Assembly (NCBI RefSeq): GCF_018350175.1
Contig: NC_058368.1
Location: forward strand, 116,190,001-116,254,000
DNA from: Felis catus
Taxonomy: Eukaryota
Direction of reading: 5' to 3'
DNA length: 64,000 nucleotides
A program made the translations under genes and the position numbers. Positions 1 to 13,240 of this stretch are shown here, piece after piece. The number at the start of each line of letters is the position of its first letter. Position 1 is the stretch's first letter. The notes below the pieces were generated by a model. It made no database searches. It was not told the origin of the DNA and saw nothing but the letters and a program-made list of their open reading frames with translations.

Positions 1-114
1 TTTAATGTAACCCCAACCATTTATTTTTGCTTTTATTACACCTGCCTTTGGAGTTCGACACTGCTCCCGCACACCCTGCCCCCCGCCCCCACAAAAATCA
101 CAAAGACGATACTA

Positions 115-365
115 GGTGCTTACTATGTTTTCTTCTAGGAGTTTTATTGGTTTCAAGTCTTACAATGAAGTTTTTAACCCATTTTAAGTTAATTTTTGTA
201 TATGATGTGCGATCACAGCTCAGTTTTCCCAATACCATTTATTGAAAATGACCCTCCTTTCCCTAATGTATATTCTTCCCTCCTTCACCATAAATTAATT
301 GACCATATATGCATGAGTTTACTTCTGGGTTCTCTACCCTGTTTCACTGATCTGTACATCTGCTT
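115..365 (-). mobile_element. L1 ORF2 3' fragment, minus strand
   Basis: Antisense L1 motifs ttttcttctaggagtttta, ttaatttttgtatatg, caataccatttattgaa. Confidence 0.7.
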
Positions 366-1598
366 TTAACAAAGAGACAACATATCAAGGCAGCAATATG
401 CAGTTTTCTCTACCAACCTCAAGAAACAACAAAAAACAACAAAACCACCACTGTGTCCAGGGTAGGTTTTTACCAAGACAATCTATTATTATAAATATGA
501 AACAAGTAAAAACAGACCAAAAATGGCAACTCCAGCTTTGTCCTCCAGAGTTTTTTCCACACCTGGGGGAAAACTGCTTCCCTCCACCTCTTCTTTATGA
601 GTGAATACATCTTGGCATATATAATACAATCTGGTAAATTTCTCTTTCATTCCACTAATAATTAACCTTGTTAATGTCCTGATGTGGACAGTCCAGATAA
701 TTTAACTGATTATCCTGGTCTTTAGTAACTTAATCCTTTATAAAAATCTTACTCATATAATCACTGCAAAGACAGCCCACTTCTACGTAAAACAAGGATT
801 ACTATATAATCCTTTGTGTCCAAAATATTACTATTAGTCCAAAAGACAGGTGTGCTGTTTCTGATGAGACTATGATTTATAGAATATTTCTTCTCAGTAC
901 TAATTATTTAGTACAGTATTTGAAGAGCAAAGTGTTTTACAACTGTATTAGCTCTCGGTGACACCATGTAAAAAGTATTATAAATCTAGGCCCAAAAGTC
1001 ACAAAATTATGTCATTTCATGCACCATTTTACTAAAAGCCTTTTACCATGAAAATGATTTTCAGAATAAAATATACATTTTTAAATAGCACTGATTGCTG
1101 TCCAGTGAGTGGTATCCTCAAATAATAGGTCATCAGACATTACCTTTATTAGTGTCTGGGAAATTTTCAAAGCTAAGATTAGAGATCAAGTCACTACTTA
1201 TGTGGCCTTTAAAAATAAAGTATCTGAACAGATACTAAATCCCTTGAGCAGAAAATAAAGTTACTAGAAAGCGAGAACACATCAACAAAAACATGTTTTT
1301 CCATGGCCACACACCCCTTAGGTAGCTATAATGGACTGTGCCAACTTCAAAAACCAGAAAGATGTCACAGAAGCTGGCCAATTTACTATTAAGCCTAAGG
1401 ACATCTCAGCCATGAAAGTTCTAAACGAGGAGTATTGAGTAAACTCAAATGTATTACCTCAATGAGTAGTTACATTGTAAAATTAAAACAAACAAAAACT
1501 TAAGGAAAACTTGGTTGAGTCCTTGATTTTTAAAAAATACCAAAAATGGTATTAAAATTAAAAATGGTATGTAAATACCATGTATTTAAAAAATACAT

Positions 1599-3955
1599 GG
1601 AGCGTGTGGGTGGCTCAGCCAACTGAACATCCAACTGTTGATAATAGATTAGGTCATCAGCCCAGGGCCGTGGGATTGAGCCCCAGCCCCACCATCAGGC
1701 TCCACAGTGAGTGTGGAGCTTGCTTGAGATTCTCTTTCTCTCTCTTTCTCTTTCTCTCTCTCTCTTGCCCCCTTCTGCCCCTCTCCCTGACTCACTCTAA
1801 AATTTTTTTTTAATTATTAAAATATAGAAAAAAATTAGGGGCGCCTGGGTGGCTCAGTCAGTTAAGTGTCTGTCTCCTGATTTCAGCTCAGGTCATAACC
1901 TCACGATGTGAGAGAGCTCAAGCCCTGTTGTCAGGCCCCGTGCTAACAGTACAGAGCCTGCTGGGGATTCTCTGCCTCTTCTCTCTCTCTGCCACATCCC
2001 TGCTTGTGCTCTTTCTCTCTCTCAAAATAAATAAACTTAAAAAAAATAAAAAATAAAACATTAAAAATAATTAGTAAAAAGTAAAAATTTAAAAAAACCA
2101 AACATAAATCCAATGAAGCCTGGAAAGAACCCCAAGAAACATTTGGATTTCTGGAAAAACTCTCTAGAAAACACGTTATCTGTTGTTAAAAGGCACTGAA
2201 TTATCAGATGCTATTTTGAAAACAGAACATATAATAATGTAATTATGAGTCATACATCAAAAATAAATATTAGGCACATAGTTTCTCAGAGTAGAGAATT
2301 TCACAGAGATCCTGCCTGATAGTTTATGGAAAGCCAAATGGTAGATAAAGGATTCTGCAGTTCAGAATGTGCCACAAAGGAAAAATAAACTATGAAGAGG
2401 CAAATTATTTTTATATGACAAATGTCATGCAAAGAATGTACTTACAATATTCAGGATTATATATTTTAATTTTTTTATGTTTATTTATTTTTGAGAGAGA
2501 GAGAGAGAGAGACAGAGTGCTAGTGGGGGAGGGGCAGAGAGAGAGGGAGACACAGAATCCTAAGCAGGCTCCAGGCTCTGAGCTGTCAGCACAGAGCCTG
2601 ACATGGGGCTCGAACTCATGAACTGTGAGATCACGACCTGAACCAAAGTTGGACACTTAACCGACTGAGCCACTCTGGAACCCCTAGGGATTATATATTC
2701 TAAAGTAGAGTCATTGCTGTGTAAAAGGCCTCTACATGAGAAATCAGTGCTATGTAGGCCTGCACTGTCAACTTTCAAGGACAAGTAGCCTGGTTCATTT
2801 CCTCATTTATAATTATACTAACTCAAGTACATAATTTTAATGATGGCTTAGATTTGTTTTCTGAGAAACATCAGAGGTTATGTTCTCAACTGTCCTGCAG
2901 GTTGGTACATGACTTCCATTTTCTTATGACTCAGAATGAACCAAAAGTGTTGTTTACCTGCCCAAAATAAAATCCAAGATGAGTGGCTGCTCACCTGGAC
3001 TCACTATTGAGAAACAAAAACATGCTCCTGATAGTGTATTATGTTCGGGTGGGAAATTCTTAGAGGACATCTGAAAACACATTCTAATGGCATTTAGGGC
3101 ATTCACAAATTAAGTGGCACAGGAAAGGCTGAATGAGCCTATCTTGCTTGTTTCCTTCCACCGGTGATGAAAGCTACTACCATGTGCACACAAAGATCTA
3201 TGCACAAACAAATTTTTACTTCCTAAGTTTTAGAAAGCAAGCAAGGACGAACCTAAATCAGTAAAGAAGCAATTTTAAAATCATGGGACATCCATATGTA
3301 TAATAGTGATCAAGTAGAGACTTTTGTTACTTGGCACTATGCAGAACAGATACCCAGAACATTCTTCCTGATTAAAAACAAAGCAAAAAATTTTCTAAAA
3401 TTTTGCTGAGTCAACACACATAAAACATTCCAGAGGCCCAAAATAAAGTGAAATCAAGAACTGTGAAAGTTATGCAAGTAGTAAATTTGTTTTCAACGTG
3501 AGAGTTTCTGCTGAATCCCAGAGACCTTAAGGATTCATACTGGCAAAGAAATAGGAGATAAAACCTAGAAACCAGGGACACCTGGGTGGCTCACCTGGTT
3601 AAGCATCTGACTCTTCCTTTCAGCTCAGTTCATGACCTCATGGTTCCTGACATGGGAGCCCCTCGATGAGCTCTGCACTGAAGGCATGGAGCCTGCTTGG
3701 AATTCTCTCACCCTCCCTCTCTGCTCCTTCCTTGATTGTGCTCGTGCTCTATTTCTCAAAATAAATAAACTTAAAACAAAACTGAGCCAACCTGGCTCAG
3801 TCGGTTAAGCATCCGACTTTGGCTCAGGTCATGATCTCATGGGTGAGTTCGAGCCCCACATCAGGCTCGATGCTGACAGTTCTGAGCCTGGAGCCTGCTT
3901 CAGATTCTGTGCCTCCCTTTCTCTCTGTGCCTCCCAGCTTGCACTCTGCCTCTGC

Positions 3956-3986
<31 letters not shown>

Positions 3987-5183
3987 CCAAAAATAAACGT
4001 TTAACCAAAAAAAAAACAAAAACCCCAAAAAACAAAAAACTAGAAACCATCCAAAATGAGGATACTTTTAGGAGAATCCTCAGTTAGAGTCAGGTCCCTA
4101 AAGATTTCCACCTTCAGTCTAAGAGTGAAGAAGAAACTTGCCTCTCAGTAGCGTAAAACAGAAGAAACTAGTCTGTCTATAACATAGTAGTAAATAAAGT
4201 GAATAAATAAAATGACATAAAATGTCCCCTAAGCATGTATAACCACAGGAAGGGCAGTGGAGAGATGGGCAAAATGGGTGAAGAGTAGTGGGACGTACAG
4301 GCTTCCAGTTATGGAATGAGTAAGTCACAAGGATAAAAGGTACAGCATAGGGAATATAGTCAATGGTACTGTAATGGTATTGTATGGTGACAGACAGTAG
4401 CTATACTTGCCGTGAGCACAGCAGAACATACAGAGTTGTCAAATCACTTTGTTGTACACCTGAAACTAACATTTTTTCTTTTTGTTTTGTTTTTTCAGTT
4501 TGAGAGAGAGAAAGAGAAAGCACAACACAAGCTGGGGAAAGGAGGGAGGGAGAGGGGGAGGGGGAGGGGGAGGGGGAGGGGGAAGGGGAGGGGGAGGGGG
4601 AGGGGGAGGGAGACAGAAAGAGAATCCCAAGCAGGCTCCAGGCTCAGTGCAGAGCCTAACACGCAACTCGATCCCACGACCCTGAGATCATGACTCTAGC
4701 TGAAATCAAAAGTCAGACACTTGGGGCACCTGGATGGCTCAGTCGATTAAGAGTCCAACTTAAACTCAGTTCATGATCTCATAGTTCGTATGTTCAAGCT
4801 CTGCACTGGGACCCTATGCTGCCAGCTTAGAGCCTGGAGCCTGCTTCAGATTCTTTGTCTCCCTCTCTCTCTGCCCCTCCCTTGCTCTTGCTTTTTTTCT
4901 GTCTCTCTTAAAAATAAATAAACATTAAAAAAAAATAGGGGTGCCTGGTGGCTTAGTCGGTTAATCATCCGACTTCAGCTCAGGTCATGATCTCAGGATC
5001 CACAGGTTCAATCCTTGCATCGGGCTCTGTGCTGGCAGCTCAGAGCCTGGAACCTACTTCAGATTCTGTGTCTCCCTCTATCTCTGCCCCTGCTCTGCTT
5101 GTGTTCTCTCTCAAAAATAAATAAACATGAAAAAAAAAAAAAAGTCAGACACTCAACCAAATGAGCCACCCAGGCTCACTGGG
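1599..5183. mobile_element. Cluster of about 8 CAN-SINEs (about 1599-1810+, 1838-2050+, 2467-2684-, 3575-3780+, 3788-4040+, nested set 4480-5183)
   Basis: tRNA-derived heads ggggcgcctgggtggctcag, (CT)n linkers and AATAAA-rich tails. Confidence 0.88.
4240..4470 (+). mobile_element. L1 3' end fragment (L1_Carn/L1MA-like)
   Basis: acaggcttccagttatggaatgagtaagtcac...gttgtacacctgaaactaa, typical of carnivore L1 3'UTRs. Confidence 0.75.
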
Positions 5184-5269
5184 TTAAGTATCATGACCCA
5201 ACTATGCAATCACAAAGAAATCCACCTTAAATAAAAAGACATATATAGCTTAAAAGAAAAGGCATGATC

Positions 5270-6990
5270 ATACCCACTAAGATGTAAATAATGAAAAAGA
5301 CGGATAACAGCAAATGTTGGAGAGGATATGGAGAAACTGGAACCCTCATACATTGATGGTGGTAAGTACAATGGTGTAGCTGCTGTGGAAAACATTCTGA
5401 CTGTTCTTCAAAAGGTTAAACATAGAGTTACATGTGACCCAGCAATTCTACTCCTAGGAATATAGCCAAGAGAAATGAACACACACACGTATGTAAATGT
5501 TCAAAGCAGATTATTCATGATAGTCAAAACTGGAAACAATTCAAATATCCATCAAATGATGAATGGATAAATACAATATGGTATATTCATACAACAGAAT
5601 ATTACTCAGCAACAAAAAGGAATAATGTACTTATACAAGGCTTCACCTGGGATTAACCTTTAAAATATAATGCTGACAAGGTAAACATAATCTCTATTAC
5701 TGTATGATTCCATTTACATGAAATGTGAACAGGCAGATCCATAAAGACACAAGACTGCTTACGACCACAGGAAGAGAGGAATATGGGATAACTGCTAATG
5801 GAGTTAGGGATTCTTTTCATAGTGAAAGAGATGTTCTGGAATTAGTGTAAATGACTACACAATTTCACGAATATTCTAAAAACCAATGATTTGTGCGCTT
5901 TAAAATGTTTTAAAAAGTCAATTTTATGTTATGTGAATTTTATCTTTAACAAAATAGCAAAAAGACTTAGACACTTCATACAGAAGAGGTAAAGATGGCA
6001 CCTAATAATATCAGGAGTTAGTAAAGAAATGCAAATTACACCCACAAGGAGAGGCTGTTGGAATGCCTAGGATTAACAACAACAAAACAGACAATACCAA
6101 GCATTAATGAAGATGGAAAGCAACTGGAACTCTAACATATAGATGGTTGGCAAAATAGTACAGCCGCTTTGGAAAAGAGCTGGGCAATTTCCTATAAACT
6201 TAAGCAATTGCTCACTATTCAACCCAGCAATCCCATTCCTAAGTTTATAAGCAAGAGAAATAAAAATATATGTCTATGCAAAAAACACACACAAATATTC
6301 ATGATTATTATATTCATAACTGCCAAAAACCAGAAACAACTCAATGTCCATCAACCAGTGAGTAGACACAATGTGGTGCCGCCATACAAGGAAATACTAT
6401 TCAGCAATAAAAAGGAACAAACAAGTGATATACCTAACATCATCAAGAAATCTCAAAAGTTACGCCAAGTCAAAGAAGGACACAAATGGTTATATACAGT
6501 ATGCTTCCATCTAGGTATCATTCTAAAAAAGAGAAAATAAGAGGGAAAAACAAATCAACGGTCACCAGGTAGTAAGGGTGAAGAGAGAAGAATGAATAAG
6601 GAATGTTTTAAGGAGATGTAAATATTTCATCACTAGGCTGCGATGTTAATTACACAATCACATACGTATGTCAAAACGTATAGAACTGTGTGACTAAAAA
6701 GGGTAAATTTTAGGGCTGCCTGGGTGACTCAGTTGGTTAAGTGTCCAACTTCAGCGTAGGTCATGATCTCACAGTTCATGAGTTCGAGCCTGTGAGTTTG
6801 AGCCCAATATCGGGCTCTATGCTAAGAGCTCAGAACCTGGAGCCCAGAGCCTGCCTCAGATTCTTGGTCTCCCTCTCTCTCTGCCCCTCCCACTCTCGCA
6901 CTCTGTCTCTCAAAAATAAATATTAAAAAGAATTCTTTTTTTAAAAAAAGGGTAAATTTTATTCTATGTAAACTATACTACAAAAATGAA
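5270..6990 (+). mobile_element. Two old L1 3' fragments (L1MB/L1MC-like) with a SINE at about 6713-6940
   Basis: Two copies of the cccagcaat(t/c)c(t/c)a(c/t)tccta and tcaa(a)t(a/g)tccatcaa L1 3' motifs; SINE TSD aaaaagggtaaatttta. Confidence 0.7.
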
Positions 6991-7311
6991 AAATGAGGAA
7001 ATGACTTTATTTCCAACAAAATGAAAATAATACATTAATGCTAAAATGACATTAATGTAATATTTAAGAGTTCTAGGGGCATCTGGGTGGCTCAGTCGAT
7101 TAAGCGTCCTGCTTAGGCTCAGGTCATGATCTCACAGTTTATGAGTTGGAGTCCTGCATCAGGCTCTGTGCTAACAGCTCAGAGCCTGGAGACTGCTTTG
7201 GATTCTAGGTCTCCCTCTCTCTCTCTGTCCCTCCCCTGCTCATGCTCTCTCCTCTCTCAAAAATAAACAAACTTTAAATAGACTCTCAAAGTGACTAAGG
7301 AAAGAACATCA

Positions 7312-7537
7312 TTTTTTTTTTAATTTTTTTTTTCAACGTTTATTTATTTTGGGGACAGAGAGAGACAGAGCATGAACGGGGGAGGGGCAGAGAGAGAGGG
7401 ACACACAGAATCGGAAACAGGCTCCAGGCTCTGAGCCATCAGCCCAGAGCCTGACGCGGGGCTCGAACTCCCGGACCGCGAGATCGTGACCTGGCTGAAG
7501 TCGGACGCTTAACCGACTGCGCCACCCAGGCGCCCCT
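7312..7537 (-). mobile_element. Young felid SINE (SINEC_Fc-type), CpGs intact
   Basis: Reverse complement ggggcgcctgggtggcgcagtcggttaagcgtccgacttcagccaggtcacgatctcgcgg... Confidence 0.92.
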
Positions 7538-7690
7538 ATTTTTTTAAATTATGAAATAAAATCAGGAAGATGCATAATCAAGAATAACTGATAACAAAAA
7601 GAACCAAATTCTGGAAAATAAAAGTAACAAAAATAATTACAACTACAATAATTAGTTAAGAGATACATGAGATAAAAAGATGTAAAATGT

Positions 7691-7986
7691 TTCCATAGGA
7701 TTTTACTCATACCTGTAATTTAAGAAACAAATGAGCAAAGGAAAAAAGAGAGAAAGACTCCTAACTACAGAGAACTGATGGTTACTAGAAGGGAGGGGGT
7801 GGGAGGATGGGTCAAACAGGTGACGAAGATTAAGGGCTGCACTTGTCATGATCAGCACTAGGTGACATATGGAATTGTTGAGTCACTATGTTGTACACCT
7901 GAAGCTCAGATAACACTGTATGTTAACTACACTGGAATTATAATTTAAAAATAAACAAAAATTAAAACATTACTATAAAATATTTT
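7691..7986 (+). mobile_element. 5'-truncated L1 3' end with a 17-bp TSD
   Basis: aaaaagatgtaaaatgt (7674-7690) and aaaaaggtgtaaaatgt (7987-8003) flank an L1 3'UTR plus A-rich tail. Confidence 0.8.
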
Positions 7987-8740
7987 AAAAAGGTGTAAAA
8001 TGTGCAGTCAAAAACATAAAACATGGTGGGGGAGAAGTAATAATTTTGAGCTTTACAACGGGGTCAAACTTAAGTTATTATTAACTTAAAATAGATTGTT
8101 TCAGGTATGTCATCGTATGTAAGCCACATAGTAACCACAAAGCAAAAATCTATAGTAAATATACAAAAATAAAGAGAAAGGAATATAAGCATACCACTAA
8201 AAAAAATCAGACCACAAAGGAAAAGAGCAAGAGAAGAAGCAAGGAACAGAAAACCACAGGGGCACCTGGGTGGCTCACTGGGTTAAGCATCCGACTTTGG
8301 CTCAGGTCATGATCTCATGGTTTGTGAATTTGAGCCCTGCATTGGGCTCCCTGCAGTCAACATGGAGTCCACTTTGGAGCCTCTGTCCCCTTCTTTCTCC
8401 ACCCCCCACCAAAAATAAACATTAAAAAAAAAAAGAAAACCATGAAAACAAATGGCAATAAGCACGCATCAATAAATGATAACAGACTAAATTCTCAAGT
8501 CAAAAGACATAGAGTAAACAAATAAAAAACACATATGACCCAGCTCTGTGCTGCCTACAAGATACTCCCTCTAGAGGCCTCTAGGTGGCTCACGGTTGAG
8601 CACCCAACTCGATTTTGGCTCAGGTCATGATCCCAGGGTCGTGGGATCAAGTCCTTCATCAGGCTCTGCACTGAACATGGAGTCTGCTTAAGATTTCTCT
8701 CCCTGTGTCCTTCTCCCCTGCTCATGCGTGCACACTCTCT

Positions 8741-8875
8741 AAAATAGAATAGAATAGAATAGAATAGAATAGAATAGAATAGAATAGAATAGAATAGAAC
8801 AGAATAAAATAAAATAAAATAAAATAAAATAAAATAAAATAAAATAAAATAAAATAAAATAAAATAAAAATAAAA
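8741..8875 (+). repeat. Compound pentanucleotide microsatellite (AATAG)n then (AATAA)n in a SINE tail
   Basis: Read directly from the sequence. Confidence 0.95.
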
Positions 8876-11800
8876 CAATTAAAAAAAACACACAAGATAC
8901 TCCCTCTAAATGTAAAGACATATGCAAACTTAAAATGAAAGGACACAGAAAGATATTCCCAGGCAAATGGAAACCACAAGAAAGCTGGAACATTTATACT
9001 TACATCAGACAAAATAGACTTACAATAAAAACTGTAACAACAAACCAAAGAGGGCACTACACACTGATAGGGATCAATCCAGTAAGACAATACAACATCT
9101 GCAAACTTTTTTTGCACCAATCATAAGAGCACCTAAATATAAAGCAAATGTTATCAAATCTAAAGGGAGAAATAGACAGCAATACAATAATGGCAGAGCA
9201 CTTTAATGACCCCACTTAAATCAATGGATAGACTATTCAGACAGAAAATCACTAAGGAAACGTCACCCTTAACGACATGTAACACCAAATAGACTTACCA
9301 CGTATTTACAGAACATTCCATCCAAAACCAACAAAATACATTTTCCTCAATTGCATATGGAACATTTTCCAAGTTAGATCATATGCTGGGCTACAATAAG
9401 TTTTAATAAATTTGAAAACTGAAATCATATAAGCATCTTTTCACGAAACTAAAAATTACATGAATAAAACCGGGAAACTCACAAATATGTGGAGACTAAA
9501 CGACACTCCACTAAACAACCAATGCACCAAAGAAATCAAAAGAGAAATCAAAACATACCTTGGCATAAATGAAATTGGAAAAGCCATGTAACAAAATTTA
9601 CATGATGCAGAAAAAGCAGTTCTAGGACAGAAGTTCACAACAATAAATGTCTATCGCAAGAAACAAGAAAAATCTCAAATAAACAACTTAACTTCATACC
9701 TCAAGGAACTAGGGGGGGAAGAAAAGACAAAACAAGGCTCAAAGTTAGTAAAAGGGAGGCAATAACAAAGATTAGAGCATAAATAAATGAAAGTAAAAAG
9801 ACAATAAAAAAGACTAATGAAATTAAAATCTGGCTCTTTGAAAAGATAAACAAAATAGACAATCTTATAGCGAGACTCACCAAGACAAAAAAAAGACAAC
9901 TCAACATCAGAAATGAAAGAGATATTATGATTGATACCACAGAAATACAGAAGATCATAAAAGACTGAACAATTGTATAGCAGCAAATTGGACAGCCTAG
10001 AGTAAATGGATGAATCCCTAGAAGCAAATAAACACGACTGTTTATACAATTGTGAATAAACAGAAAATCTGAATAGATGATGACTAGGAAAGAGAAATCA
10101 GAAACCTCCCAACTAGTCAATGGATGGATTCAAAGATGAATTCTACCAAAAATTCAAGGAAGAATTAGTATAAGTCCTTTTCAACCCAACTCTTCCAAAA
10201 ATAGAAGAGGAGGAAACACTCTCAAGTTCATTTTAGGGGGCCAGCATTACTCTGATACCACAAACAGATAAGGTCATCATGAGAAAAGAAAATCATGGGC
10301 TCATATTCCTGATGAACACAGATACAAAAATCTTCACAAAATGTTAGCAAACCGATTTCAACATAAATTAAGAGGATCATACACTGGGGGGACTTCCAGA
10401 GAAAATGGCATAGTAGGACTCACCTCATCTCACACATACACCTAGATAACACCAACATCAGTGTAAATAACCCAGAAAACAACTTGAAGTCTGGAGGAAC
10501 AGACAGCCCCCAGCTCAATGTAGAGAAAGGGCCACAATGAAGAGGATAAGAAGGGTGGAAATGCAATTGAGAGCTAAATAGACCCACAGGACTGTCTGCG
10601 GAAGGGAGGGACCAGCAGGTGCAGAGAGGGGAGATGATCAGATCCCCAACCCAGGCACCCCAGGCACCCCATGCACCAGGCACCCACATGGGGAAAAAAC
10701 TAATCCCCATAACATGTGGCTTTGAAAACCACAGGGGCCTAACAATCAGTAAGGCTTAACACATGGAATTTTAAAAATCAGAAAGAAGACTCAGTTCTAG
10801 GAGAGCAGGGAGGGTGGAGTACCTTTCCTTAAAGAGACAGCACAACAAACAGCCTCACTGATATACAGCACAAAAGCAGAAATTAAAAAACGCGGGGGGG
10901 GGGGGGGGTATAACAGGAAGATTTAATGGTTGATGTCAGAGTGCATACTGGAGAGGTAGGGATCTTTGGGACACTTCTCCAAGAATAAAAGAGCTGCCAG
11001 GTGCCATTTCTCTCCCTTGTCCTCCAGCCTAGAAACACCTGCAGAAACCAGCACAGCACCTACACTCTCCATGGTGCTTCCTAACAGCATCCCCCACCAC
11101 AAGCACTTCTGCAGTTTCTGCCCCCTCCAACCTGGCAGGCCTCACCAACAGTTTTCTCAGGTGACTGCAATGGACCTTTGCAGACCATGCATACACCATG
11201 TGCCCTATGCTCCTATTCTGCTGCTGACATGCCCCCTCCAATACACCCTTGTTCAGAACCCATCCAAAGCGGTGCCACAACAGTATGCAAGCAGTCCCAA
11301 CAGAGACCAGCACCACTCCAAAGTGACTCCTGCCCCAGGGAGAAGGGAAGATAACCCCACACACTACTCCCAACTGCAGACCCAACTGGAGGCAAACTGG
11401 GTCCCAGGCAAACTGACTTCAGGCCCGGTCTAGCAACAAAAATTTCTCAGGGGATGACAAAGGGAGAGTACCCTGAGGTTCAGTTCTACTACATCTCTGG
11501 CAAACACCTGGTCTGACTCAACTCGAGCACAAGACAAACCCAGACTGGCCCACTAACAACACAGGGACCAAACCCTGCCCACAACAGGCAAAGAGAGCCA
11601 TTACGGATGACTGGACTGAAGGCAAACACAGATCAGCCACAAGAGCGGGGCACACACAACACACGTAGGAGACCCTGAAGCACCAAGTCTGTTGAATGGG
11701 GAACACTGCACTGGAAGGCACCACAAGACCTAGTCTTCATCAGGCCACTACTTTCAAGACAGGAAAAACAGCTGACTTTCCTAACACAGAAACAGACACA

Positions 11801-12044
11801 GAGTTAGACAAAATGAGGAGACAGAGTATGGCCCACATTAAATAGGACAAAATCATAGCAAAAGAGCTAAGTGAAATGGAGAAGTAATATGCCTGATAGA
11901 GAATTTAAAGTAATGGTCACAAAGATACTTACGAGACTTGAGACAAGACTGGAGGACCTCAGTGAGACCATCAACAAAGAGAAAAAAAAAACATAAAAAT
12001 GAATCAATCAGAAATGAAGAATAACTGAAATTAAAAACAGACCA

Positions 12045-12149
12045 GTGCTCACTTGGGCAGGATATATACTAAAATTTGAACAATACAAAAAAGATTAGCA
12101 TGGCGCCTGCACAAGGATGACATGCAAATCTGTGAAGTGTTCCACATTT
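12045..12149 (+). pseudogene. Full-length U6 snRNA retrocopy (processed pseudogene)
   Basis: gtgctcacttgggcag...aagattagcatggcgcctgcacaaggatgacatgcaaatctgtgaagtgttccacattt aligns end to end with U6, with many substitutions including ACAGAGA to ACAAAAA. No U6 promoter upstream; flanked by L1 sequence. Confidence 0.93.
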
Positions 12150-12151
<2 letters not shown>

Positions 12152-12202
<51 letters not shown>

Positions 12203-12210
12203 CACACACA
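12152..12210 (+). repeat. (CA)n microsatellite at the 3' end of the U6 retrocopy
   Basis: Read directly from the sequence. Confidence 0.95.
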
Positions 12211-13177
12211 TGCACCCCAGGTGGAATAAACAGACCAGGGGAAGCAGAAGGAATCATCAACCTGAAGGACAGAGTAATGGAAAGCAATCAAGTTGAAGAG
12301 GATTCAGAACAAATAATTTAAAATGCAATAGACTTGGGGAACTCAGTGACACCATCAAGTGTAGTAACATTCACATTTTAGGGATCCCAGGAGAAGAGAG
12401 AGAAAAGGGGGCAGAAAATGTATTTGAAGAAATAATACTTGAAAACTTCCCAAATCTGGGGAAGGAAACAGAAATCCAGATCCAGAAGGTTGACAGCCCC
12501 CAACAAAACCAACCCAAGAAGGTCCACAATAAGACACAGAATAATTAAAAAGGCAAAATGTTGTGATAAAGACAAAAATTTAAAGACATTAAGAGGAGTG
12601 TCTGGGTGGCTCAGTGTGTTGAGCATCTGACTCTGGCTCAGGTCATGATCTTGCAGTTCATGGGTTCGAGGGCCACAAAGGGCTCTCTGCTGTCAGTGCA
12701 GAGCCTACTTCAGACCTTCTGTCCCCCTTTCCCTCTGCCTCTCTCTCTCTCTCTCTGAAAAATAAACACTGGGGCACCTGGGTGGCTGAGTCAGTTAAGC
12801 ATCCGACTTTGGCTCAGGTAGTGATTTCACAGTTTGTGAGTTCGAGCTCCACATCGGGCTCTGTGCTAATCGCTGGGAGCTTGGAGCTTGCTTCGAATTC
12901 TGTATCTCACTCTCTCTGCCCCTCCCCCCCTCAAAAATAAACATAAATAAACAAACATTAAAAAAATTTAAAGGGGCATCTGGGTGGCTCAGTTGGTTAA
13001 GCATTTGACTCTTGATTTCAGCTCAGGTCATGATCTCAAGGTTCGTGAGTTTAAGCCCCACATTGGACTCCACAATTATGCAGAGCCTACTTGGACATTC
13101 TCTCTCTTCCTCTAACCCTCTCCTGCTCATGCTCTCTGTCTCAAAATAAATAAACAAGAAAGAAAAGGAAAAAAAAA

Positions 13178-13240
13178 GGAAAGGAAAGGAAAAGGAAAAG
13201 GAAAAGGAAAAGGAAAAGGAAAAGGAAAAGGAAAAGGAAC
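13178..13240 (+). repeat. (GGAAAA)n microsatellite in a SINE tail
   Basis: Read directly from the sequence. Confidence 0.93.

Larger units (their letters stand above)
7560..10385 (+). mobile_element. Older host L1, ORF2 5' half (endonuclease to pre-RT), interrupted by SINEs and a short L1
   Basis: tgctgcctacaaga (CCLQ) about 8550, gggagaaatagacagcaatacaataat, gaattctaccaaa about 10138; breaks off at aggatcatacact. Confidence 0.8.

Noticed and set aside
4412..4693. Poly-Pro, poly-Gly and RG-repeat ORFs
   Set aside because: Translations of the (GGGGGA)n tract within a SINE.
10966..11433. 155-aa and overlapping ORFs
   Set aside because: They lie in the L1 5'UTR and are probably chance frames.
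12045..12149. Functional U6 gene
   Set aside because: Mutated ACAGAGA box, many substitutions, no PSE/TATA; embedded in an L1.
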